The notes below the pieces were generated by a model. That model ran no database searches. It had not been told where the DNA came from and was given only the letters and a program-made list of their open reading frames with translations. This document shows, in pieces, positions 35,045-41,689 of a DNA stretch of 48,086 nt (positions are counted from its first letter, which is position 1; each line of letters begins with the position of its first letter). Source of the stretch: a virus; the IMG/VR virus record IMGVR_UViG_3300019135_000007, one strand, 5' to 3'. Made by a program: the position numbers and the translations under genes.

Positions 35045-35308
35045 TTATAATAATTCACATCTTCCAAAATCATACAATTTATATCTGTAGCCATCCAGTT
35101 TAAAATATGGACTGCCTTTTTTAGACACTGGAAAATATATCTTTCTTTTAAACCATATCATCACATCCCCAAACTGGTGGAAACCTAATACATAATCATC
35201 ACAAGCATGTAATATGATGATATGGCTATAAATTGATAAGTTATAAATGTAACCTGCCTTAATTTCCCCATTATCATACTTTTTCATAACTTCCTTTTTT
35301 GTCACCAT
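35045..35308 (-). CDS. Hypothetical early protein (87 aa)
   Basis: ORF track; GAAAGGGGAAAGGA SD. Confidence 0.55.
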   Translation of the reverse strand: MVTKKEVMKKYDNGEIKAGYIYNLSIYSHIIILHACDDYVLGFHQFGDVMIWFKRKIYFPVSKKGSPYFKLDGYRYKLYDFGRCELL

Positions 35309-35350
35309 ATCCTTTCCCCTTTCATATTGTTTTGTTATTAGCTTACTTTA

Positions 35351-35379
35351 ATAATAACATGGCTACATTATAATGTCAA
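35351..35379 (-). promoter_or_regulatory. Early sigma-A promoter
   Basis: -35 TTGACA (35374-35379), 17 nt, -10 TATTAT (35351-35356). Confidence 0.7.
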
Positions 35380-35418
35380 ACATTTATTATAATGTAGTTT
35401 TTACCAATTCCCCCAATA

Positions 35419-35478
35419 GAGGATATTAAGGGAATTAATGAGGATTAAAGAGGATTAAAGAGGATTTTAGAAGATTTT
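35419..35478. repeat. Six tandem ~10-bp repeats (consensus AGAGGATTAA) between two tandem early promoters
   Basis: Plus strand reads gaggatatta agggaattaa tgaggattaa agaggattaa agaggatttt agaagatttt. Confidence 0.85.
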
Positions 35479-35492
35479 CAATGGCTAATATT

Positions 35493-35521
35493 ATAGTAGC
35501 ATGGCATCATTGTAATGTCAA
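35493..35521 (-). promoter_or_regulatory. Early sigma-A promoter (upstream member of a tandem pair)
   Basis: -35 TTGACA (35516-35521), 17 nt, -10 TACTAT (35493-35498). Confidence 0.7.
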
Positions 35522-35782
35522 TCATCTTTTATAAAAATGTTTCAACTTTTTTCTTCCTTATTATATATAAGAAGGAACTGGACAAATAAAAAAAATGCAA
35601 TTGTTTTTTGATTTTCTGCTTGACTTTTCTTTATAATTATAGTAAGGAAACCAATTGTCCTTTTTGTAAATTATTGTAAAATAGTAATTGTCTATTTCTA
35701 CCATGTAAGGAAATTCCTTTACAGAAAATGTAATGGTAGAAAATGGCATACATTTTACATAAATTCCCTTTTTAAATTATGG

Positions 35783-35811
35783 TTGACATATTACATGTTT
35801 TGTGGTATAAT
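35783..35811 (+). promoter_or_regulatory. Perfect consensus sigma-A promoter on the plus strand, firing rightward into ORF-free repeat DNA
   Basis: -35 TTGACA (35783-35788), 17-nt spacer ending in TG, -10 TATAAT (35806-35811). Confidence 0.75.
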
Positions 35812-35958
35812 CCCCAGTCTCCCTATCTGCCAAGTTTACAAATGTTCCCAAAATTGGGAATGGGCTTGGTCAGGGGAAAGGCAGGGGGGAAGTTGTTCTG
35901 AAAATTTTTTTTGAAAATCCATCCACAATTTCATTTTATATATGGTAGGTCAGCCACA

Positions 35959-36342
35959 TTTTTGCCCTACTTTTTTCTATTTCTTTTTTCTCTCACTTTT
36001 TAGCCACTTTTTATGAGAAATTCTTCAGCATTTTTCCCACATTTTTCTGTAGATTTTCTCCCATTTTTCCTGCATTTTTTACTGGAATTTCCCTAGATTT
36101 TTCTAGCATTTTAAAAGTTATTTTCCTTCAGTTTTTTCCTAGATTTTTATTAGAAATTCTGTCAGGCTTTCTCCTAGTTTTTCTACCTAAAATTCCCCTA
36201 CATTTTAGTTAATTTTTCAGGGATTTTTCTGTAGTTTTTTCTAGGAATTTTCCCTAAAATTTTGGGAGATTTTCAGCAGAATTTTGGGGGAATTTCTCTG
36301 AATTTTCCCCTGAAATTTTCTAGGATTTTTCCTGAAATTTTT
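35959..36342. repeat. Array of 34 phased T-tracts (units like CATTTTTCC, GATTTTTCT, AATTTTCCC)
   Basis: T-run starts: 35959, 35971, 35984, 35997, 36008, 36021, 36031, 36042, 36054, 36064, 36075, 36088, 36098, 36109, 36121, 36132, 36144, 36157, 36168, 36178, 36193, 36203, 36213, 36224, 36235, 36248, 36260, 36270, 36282, 36293, 36303, 36316, 36326, 36338. Spacing is 10-15 bp, mean about 11.5 bp. No ORF of 60 aa or more in any frame. Confidence 0.9.
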
Positions 36343-36401
36343 CTTAAAAAAATGGGGCAGAAAGTTAGTGTCATCTTTGATTTTTTGTCAGCTTCAGCAG
36401 A

Positions 36402-36452
36402 AGGGTGGGCTTTAGGGTAGGCTCTAGGGTGGCACTTTGGGTAGGCAGTTCT
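36402..36452. repeat. Four tandem G-rich 12-14-bp repeats (AGGGTGGGCTTT, AGGGTAGGCTCT, AGGGTGGCACTTT, GGGTAGGCAGTTCT)
   Basis: Read directly; includes five GGG runs on the plus strand. Confidence 0.75.
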
Positions 36453-36459
36453 GACTGAA

Positions 36460-36663
36460 CTATGGGATATACTTTACTTGAACTGTTTGCTTCCCTGTTC
36501 CAGTCATAAATTCTGCTTCTATCTCAAAAGGCTTGCCTTCTTCCACCATCTTCTTTATCTTCTGTTTAGTTTCTATGTCTGTCATGTTCCAAATGGAGTG
36601 CTTAAACCATCTATTCCTATCTGCTCCCCTTAACCTGCCCCATCCTGAAATGATTAGTTCCAT
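36460..36663 (-). CDS. Hypothetical protein (67 aa)
   Basis: ORF track. Confidence 0.45.
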   Translation of the reverse strand: MELIISGWGRLRGADRNRWFKHSIWNMTDIETKQKIKKMVEEGKPFEIEAEFMTGTGKQTVQVKYIP

Positions 36664-36864
36664 ACTATCATCCTTACACTTCTATTGTTCTACCCAAACT
36701 GTACCATTATTGCAGTCTAGTGTCAACAAACCATTATAATTTCATTGAAATGAAAACCTTGTAAGTAATATTGTTTATCAATCATTTGAAATTTCATTGT
36801 TATGTAATAGTATTAAGTAAACATAATATGTAACAATAAAACAAAATAAGGAGCCTTAAGCCCC

Positions 36865-37509
36865 TTAATTAATAGGTTTACCTTTTCTTTTGTAGTCTGT
36901 TCTCAACTTATACATAAAACCAATAAGTGTTTTGTCATCATATAATTCAAAGTCCCCCACCATCTTTCCTTCACCCTTCTTGAAGGGAAGAAAAACATGT
37001 GTGCTAAAGTCTCTACCGTTCCCTCTTTTCTCCTTGTGCTTCAGGTTCTGCCTACTCCAAGGAGTATCTACAAACAGATGAACATAATGCTCTCTCATAT
37101 TGTCTAAATCCTGAATAGTTACATCAATCCCCTTTTGCCAATCATCATCATGGTCATACAAGACTTTAAATCCATGTGGCTCATAAAGTTCTTTCATCCT
37201 GATAATGGCATGTTCTTCTCTTACCAGTGACTTATAAGCCCTCTTTGCTCTTGCTTCCAAGCCTAATCTATACCTATCATAATCAGTCATTAGCCTTTCC
37301 ATTGGGAATAGTGGGATAGTTTTTTGAAGGAACTTTTCTACAAATTCTTTTTCAGTGGGTACTAAATGAGGGTATCTCTCTCTTAATTCACTGTAAGCAG
37401 AAATACCTTTATAAACCCCTTTGCCATATTCTACTGGATTGAAAGAGTAGTTTAGATAGAATGTTGGAATGAGTTTAAGCTGATTTTCAAAGTCCTTTGA
37501 AGATAACAT
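36865..37509 (-). CDS. Hypothetical protein (214 aa)
   Basis: ORF 36865..37707 runs through a promoter and leader. The realistic start is MLSSKDFENQ (ATG at 37509) after GTAAAGGGTGG. No family recognised. Confidence 0.55.
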   Translation of the reverse strand: MLSSKDFENQLKLIPTFYLNYSFNPVEYGKGVYKGISAYSELRERYPHLVPTEKEFVEKFLQKTIPLFPMERLMTDYDRYRLGLEARAKRAYKSLVREEHAIIRMKELYEPHGFKVLYDHDDDWQKGIDVTIQDLDNMREHYVHLFVDTPWSRQNLKHKEKRGNGRDFSTHVFLPFKKGEGKMVGDFELYDDKTLIGFMYKLRTDYKRKGKPIN

Positions 37510-37708
37510 ATAAATCCACCCTTTACATTGTTTTGTCCTTGTGTCAACTTGATGATTACTTGAGCCTAAACAAAAAGGGTTCACTACCCTGAACCATTGG
37601 TTAGGATAGCAAACCCCTTTTGCTTCTCTACATAGTTCCATCTGCCCCACCTGTGTACTATGCAGAACAAAAGATGATGAAGAACACCTTTTCTTATCAC
37701 CCTTCACT

Positions 37709-37722
37709 ATTAATAGTTCAGG
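37709..37722 (-). promoter_or_regulatory. Late-type motif variant (CCTGAACTATTAAT)
   Basis: Minus sense CTAACCTGAACTATTAATAGTGAAGGGTG. Confidence 0.3.
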
Positions 37723-37735
37723 TTAGTAGGGGTTT

Positions 37736-38476
37736 TTAGGCAGTTTCATAAAATTTTTTTAAAACTTTTTTCATTTTTTCCAATGCAGTGTTCCTGATTT
37801 CCCTGACTGTTGTGAAGTGTAAACCCAACTCATAGCCTGCTTCTCTTAAGGTATAATCCCTGTTAATGACCAGTTCCAAGACATTTCTTTGCTTATCAGA
37901 TAGGCTATTCCAAGCCACTCTTAAAGCTAGGTCTTTGTTGGTTAGGGTGTTTTCATCAAATAGGTCTGTTTCAATCCCTAATACATAAATACCCTCATGC
38001 TTAAGAGCATTGAATGGGGCAGTACAATCAGTCCCTTCTGCAAAGAGTACATCAAAACTCTCTGTACTTTGGAGCATATCATCAAACTTTTGCCCATTCC
38101 TTAAGTAGTTAAAAATCCCATACCCCAGTTTCTTCTCAATATAGTGGGAAAAATATACTTCACTGGATGGGTCATAATCACAAAGGGCTTCATAAAATTG
38201 TGTCCTGCCCTCCTGTAGCATATCCTCAAAGCCTTCTTTATCCACTGTGTTAGCCCACATGTCATTATGGATATTGAACTTCCTTAAGCCCCTTCTAGGA
38301 TTGATAAGGATTTCTTTTATCATTGGCTCATATATACTGTAAAGGTCTTGAGCAATCTTCCAAGCCTGTTCCTTTTCTTCTTCATTGTGGGAGTGATAGT
38401 GTTCAATGAATAGTTCTACTAATTCCTGCTTCTTCTCTTTTGGGAGTGCTTGCAATTCTTCAATAGTGCTATACAT
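37736..38476 (-). CDS. Sigma-70 family RNA polymerase sigma factor (phage-encoded)
   Basis: ORF 37736..38521, with the likely start MYSTIEELQ after AAAGGAAGGA. The region 4 HTH is LSDKQRNVLELVINRDYTLREAGYELGLHFTTVREIRNTALEKMKK. Confidence 0.78.
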   Translation of the reverse strand: MYSTIEELQALPKEKKQELVELFIEHYHSHNEEEKEQAWKIAQDLYSIYEPMIKEILINPRRGLRKFNIHNDMWANTVDKEGFEDMLQEGRTQFYEALCDYDPSSEVYFSHYIEKKLGYGIFNYLRNGQKFDDMLQSTESFDVLFAEGTDCTAPFNALKHEGIYVLGIETDLFDENTLTNKDLALRVAWNSLSDKQRNVLELVINRDYTLREAGYELGLHFTTVREIRNTALEKMKKVLKKFYETA

Positions 38477-38516
38477 ACCAATCCTTCCTTTGCCATTTGG
38501 CAGTTGTTGTCCTTGT

Positions 38517-38533
38517 GTCAACTTGATGTTGAC
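38517..38533. promoter_or_regulatory. Perfect palindrome GTCAAC-N5-GTTGAC upstream of the sigma gene
   Basis: Plus strand reads gtcaac ttgat gttgac. Confidence 0.5.
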
Positions 38534-38547
38534 AAAGGGGCTAAAAA

Positions 38548-38706
38548 TTAAAGCCCCTTCCTTTTAAGTTCCTCCAAAGAATTTTTTAGCTTAATAATTT
38601 CTACAGTCATTCTGTCTGCTTCATCAGCATATTCTTCAGACTGTTTTAATAAATCATCCCTGATATTCTGATATTCCTTGATTGTTTTCTCCATTAATTG
38701 AATCAT
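38548..38706 (-). CDS. Possible small coiled-coil protein (52 aa; below the ORF-track cutoff)
   Basis: My own reading: MIQLMEKTIKEYQNIRDDLLKQSEEYADEADRMTVEIIKLKNSLEELKRKGL; the SD is weak. Confidence 0.3.
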   Translation of the reverse strand: MIQLMEKTIKEYQNIRDDLLKQSEEYADEADRMTVEIIKLKNSLEELKRKGL

Positions 38707-38710
38707 TTCT

Positions 38711-39055
38711 TTAGTGTTCATTGATGATTTCCACCTTACCTTTTGTAATGTTGTATTTTAACCATCCCTGCCTATCAATCCAAACCCATAACTGTACCTT
38801 GAGCCACTTGGGATGCTTCTTTAACCCCTTTACCCAATCTTGAATGGACTGGATTTCATCAGCATACATGGATGGAGTGACCTTCTTTTTCTTGGTTCTT
38901 TTGACTTGGATTAAATAAACTCCATCATAACTAATCCCTGTAACATCAAACATTCCTTTAGATGCAGGACTTCTGATGCCCCATACCTGACCTTGAAACT
39001 CCTTCATGACCTTGTATTCTGCCTGATAGCCCCTTTGGTAATTCTTATTTCCCAT
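38711..39055 (-). CDS. Putative Holliday-junction resolvase (archaeal Hjc-like PD-(D/E)xK)
   Basis: GYQAEYKV...MFDVTG...YLIQVKR gives the E...D...QxK catalytic pattern in 114 aa. Confidence 0.55.
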   Translation of the reverse strand: MGNKNYQRGYQAEYKVMKEFQGQVWGIRSPASKGMFDVTGISYDGVYLIQVKRTKKKKVTPSMYADEIQSIQDWVKGLKKHPKWLKVQLWVWIDRQGWLKYNITKGKVEIINEH

Positions 39056-39072
39056 CTATCTGCCCCACTGAT

Positions 39073-39447
39073 TTATAATTCTTCTTTGGGGATGTAAACA
39101 TGACCATCTTCAGCAGGCTCCCCATCAGGGTAAAGGTCATTAAACACATCTGACTGGATAGACTTTTCCCTTCTTAAAGCTATCAAGGTGAGGATGGCAT
39201 AGCCTGCTAAATCCTTGACTGTATCCTCAATACTTTCCTCTTTCACATGGATGGTTTTTTGTTTAAGAACTAAATTATCTAGCCTTTCCATCTTATCTCC
39301 CATCCTGATAAGGACAGAAGTCATTCCATATTTTTTAAATTGCTTTTGAAAGCTATCTCCATAATCCCTGTTCTTTCTTATCAAGGTATCTTCAATGTCT
39401 GAAAGGACTGCAATAAGGTGTTCTTGGAATACTATCTTATCAATCAT
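39073..39447 (-). CDS. DUF1599-like protein (nucleotide-modification-associated domain 1)
   Basis: RKNRDYGDSF...GMTSVLIRMGDKMERLDNL pattern. Confidence 0.5.
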   Translation of the reverse strand: MIDKIVFQEHLIAVLSDIEDTLIRKNRDYGDSFQKQFKKYGMTSVLIRMGDKMERLDNLVLKQKTIHVKEESIEDTVKDLAGYAILTLIALRREKSIQSDVFNDLYPDGEPAEDGHVYIPKEEL

Positions 39448-39646
39448 GGCTGAATACCCCCTGAATCATCTTTAGGATGGCATAGGTAAGTACCCACAAC
39501 CCTATTGCAACTAGGTAAGGCACATGAAAGCCCATCCACTGCAAGACCAACATAAGAAGGTAAGGGAACACAACCCAGTGTATGAAAAGAGATAGAATTA
39601 TCAGGGAAGATGCAACAAATGCTACAAATTTATTCATATTGTTCAC
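39440..39646 (-). CDS. Small membrane protein (68 aa, 2 TM segments)
   Basis: Hydrophobic throughout; overlaps both neighbouring genes. Confidence 0.5.
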   Translation of the reverse strand: MNNMNKFVAFVASSLIILSLFIHWVVFPYLLMLVLQWMGFHVPYLVAIGLWVLTYAILKMIQGVFSHD

Positions 39647-39966
39647 TCCTTTATGTCCTCATGACCATGTGTGTTATATCTGAAAGGTCTTTTCCAGTTC
39701 TTATCCATCTTCTTCTGAATGGCTTCCTCTAGGCTAAAGTCAAACATGATAGCAAAGTTAATGGTTCTGATGATAATGTCTACTACTTCTTCCTGAATTT
39801 CTTCTTGGGCATCCAGTCCTTTTTTCTTCACCACATCCACCAGTTCACTGATTTCTGTATGTGCTAGGGATGCCTTTTCATAGAAAGTGGCTAAATCCTT
39901 CTCATACTTGAAGCCTTTGGAATCTAGCAGGTTTTTAACCTCTCTCTGTAATGTCTGAATCTGCAT
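39643..39966 (-). CDS. MazG-like nucleoside triphosphate pyrophosphohydrolase
   Basis: LAHTEISELVD...EEVVDIIIR gives the E..E...E..D metal-binding pattern in 107 aa. Confidence 0.65.
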   Translation of the reverse strand: MQIQTLQREVKNLLDSKGFKYEKDLATFYEKASLAHTEISELVDVVKKKGLDAQEEIQEEVVDIIIRTINFAIMFDFSLEEAIQKKMDKNWKRPFRYNTHGHEDIKE

Positions 39967-39979
39967 TACCCCTGCCCCC

Positions 39980-40198
39980 TTACTTTGTAAATTCCTTCAA
40001 CTTCTTAAGCAAAGTCTTGTTGATGTTTAAATCATCCATAGCAATTGACATTTCTTCTTCCAGTAGCTTGATTTGCTCTGTCTTTGATTGAATATCCTTT
40101 TCAATGAGTTCATTGGCTTTTTCAATTTGTCTAATTGACTTATGAAACATATTAAGTGCTTTGTTTACCATTTCTGATGCCTTAACAGTTCTTCTCAT
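39980..40198 (-). CDS. Hypothetical coiled-coil protein (72 aa)
   Basis: ORF track; AGGAGG SD. Confidence 0.5.
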   Translation of the reverse strand: MRRTVKASEMVNKALNMFHKSIRQIEKANELIEKDIQSKTEQIKLLEEEMSIAMDDLNINKTLLKKLKEFTK

Positions 40199-40242
40199 AC
40201 AGTAAACCTCCTAGTATTACATAATATGTTTAAGTAATATTG

Positions 40243-40989
40243 TTACTTTTTACTTTTAAAGCATAGTGTTCTGTACTCACAAAACATACACTTTTCATCC
40301 TTTTTGCTTTTGCCTTCTCTTTCAGGTGGCTGTTCCATTTTCCTGACCTCTTGTAAGTATTCAGCTTGGGGCAGGATAACAGTTTGCAGTAAATCTTCAT
40401 CATATTTGACCATAATTTCCTCAAATGGAGAAGTAGCCTTATAGTATCTCTTGCTTTGGGCTTGCATGATTTCATCAGGCAGTGGGTTTTTATTTAAGAA
40501 CAAGACATAAGCAGTATCTAAATCCTTGAATTTTTCAGGGTTCATTTGCTTCAACATATACATGTAGAGATTGACCTGCCATAAGTATGCTTCAGGAAGC
40601 CCATTCTTCTTTAGTTCCTTAAACTTGGTGGTTCCAATGGTCTTGAAGTCTACTACATACCATTTGCCCTTTACTTTACAAACCAAGTCTGAATGTCCCC
40701 CAAGATTGTAGAGTTCCCTGACCTTCACACTAGCTTCAAGGTCAAATTCCTCTATATCAGGTATCATTTCTGTTAATTTCCCTAGGCTTTCATGTAGGGC
40801 ATGCCCTTGTTCCCATATCAGCATCATAGAAAGGCTAGGAATATCAGATATTTCATAGCCCTTGACCTTGTACCAAAACTGCCTAGCACATGTGGTCAAC
40901 TCTGAAGGATGGTTATGTTTTGTGCTTCTTTCCTTTTTGGCTTTCATGGTCTTTTCATATAGGGCTTTTTCATACAGTTCCTTAAACAT
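40243..40989 (-). CDS. Cas4/RecB-family PD-(D/E)xK exonuclease with a 4-Cys cluster
   Basis: GHSDLV...VVDFKT catalytic core, plus one N-terminal Cys (TTCARQFWY) and a C-terminal CMFCEYRTLC. Confidence 0.75.
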   Translation of the reverse strand: MFKELYEKALYEKTMKAKKERSTKHNHPSELTTCARQFWYKVKGYEISDIPSLSMMLIWEQGHALHESLGKLTEMIPDIEEFDLEASVKVRELYNLGGHSDLVCKVKGKWYVVDFKTIGTTKFKELKKNGLPEAYLWQVNLYMYMLKQMNPEKFKDLDTAYVLFLNKNPLPDEIMQAQSKRYYKATSPFEEIMVKYDEDLLQTVILPQAEYLQEVRKMEQPPEREGKSKKDEKCMFCEYRTLCFKSKK

Positions 40990-41185
40990 GTTTCTCTCCT
41001 TCCTTCACAATCTCTTTTAGGGAAAATCTTTTTATCCTGTGACCTTCTGCATCCCCTTCATCCAGTTCTACCTGTATAGGCAGTAGATGGTGGTTGTAAA
41101 GGTTTTTAGAATCTATATAAATCACTGTCCCATTCCCTTTATACAGGAAGGAGTTGCAGAAAACCCTGTCACCCTTCTTCAACAT
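40982..41185 (-). CDS. Hypothetical protein (67 aa)
   Basis: ORF track. Confidence 0.45.
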   Translation of the reverse strand: MLKKGDRVFCNSFLYKGNGTVIYIDSKNLYNHHLLPIQVELDEGDAEGHRIKRFSLKEIVKEGEKHV

Positions 41186-41339
41186 CTATATCTTTCCTTT
41201 CCATTGGCACTAGGAGTTCTCCAACCCTTACCAAGTAAACTCCCTGCCCCATCATGACTACTTCACCATGCTCCCCTAATGGCTTGAAGGCAGGAGATAG
41301 GATTTTCACCCTATCCCCAACATAGATAATTTTGTTCAT
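41169..41339 (-). CDS. Hypothetical protein (56 aa; below the ORF-track cutoff)
   Basis: My own reading: MNKIIYVGDRVKILSPAFKPLGEHGEVVMMGQGVYLVRVGELLVPMERKDIDVEEG. AAGGA SD lies 6 nt upstream; its stop overlaps the next start. Confidence 0.4.
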   Translation of the reverse strand: MNKIIYVGDRVKILSPAFKPLGEHGEVVMMGQGVYLVRVGELLVPMERKDIDVEEG

Positions 41340-41348
41340 GCTCTGTCC

Positions 41349-41645
41349 TTAAGTCAACTTCTTGTTGACAAAAGAGGATTTTTTAACCTTTGCCTTGCCT
41401 TTTTTCTTTCCTGCCTTGCCATTAGCCATTTGTAGGGAGATACCTGCAAAGCTATTCCATACCTCTCTAGGGATTTTCATAGTAAAGTAAGCCACACCAC
41501 CATGCTCACACAATAGGGTTACTGCATCCTGTTCTACATAGGCAGTCAACATATGCTTGTCATTCTCAATAACTAGCTTCTCTCCATAAACTGTTCTCTC
41601 TTTGGATACCATTTCATTGACTTGCTTTTTCTCCATTCTAAACAA
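41349..41645 (-). CDS. Hypothetical basic-tailed protein (98 aa)
   Basis: ORF track; preceded by the CA-rich leader. Confidence 0.5.
   Translation of the reverse strand: MFRMEKKQVNEMVSKERTVYGEKLVIENDKHMLTAYVEQDAVTLLCEHGGVAYFTMKIPREVWNSFAGISLQMANGKAGKKKGKAKVKKSSFVNKKLT
41353..41369. promoter_or_regulatory. Perfect palindrome GTCAAC-N5-GTTGAC
   Basis: Plus strand reads gtcaac ttctt gttgac. Confidence 0.5.
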
Positions 41646-41689
41646 CCCTTTCTATATTGTTTTGTTTTTGTGTTTCTACTGTAATTATA

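Noticed and set aside
35561-35749. 62-aa minus-strand ORF in the spacer before the plus-strand promoter; also 5693..5881(+), 32364..32625 and the 32879..33279 ORF cluster
   Set aside because: No SD at the right distance, aromatic and low-complexity composition, and mutually overlapping frames on both strands. I treat these as non-coding DNA.
35959-36342. Possibility that the periodic array is a CRISPR array
   Set aside because: Units are only about 11-12 bp and degenerate, with no repeat-spacer alternation. No cas genes are present apart from a stand-alone Cas4-like recombination nuclease elsewhere.
3391-38521. N-terminal extensions in the ORF track, e.g. MGTQNNMKGW at 4056, MRGTQKQSNMKGW at 32376, the 66 extra codons at 37707, MTQGQQLPNGKGRIG at 38521, and the TTG-started extension at 11818
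   Set aside because: These stretches are in-frame translations of the conserved leader, promoter or terminator DNA. Better SD-spaced starts lie downstream.
40230-40475. 81-aa minus-strand ORF overlapping the 3' part of 40243..40989 in another frame
   Set aside because: It is entirely nested in the Cas4-like nuclease gene, whose C-terminal Cys cluster lies in this stretch. It has no independent SD.
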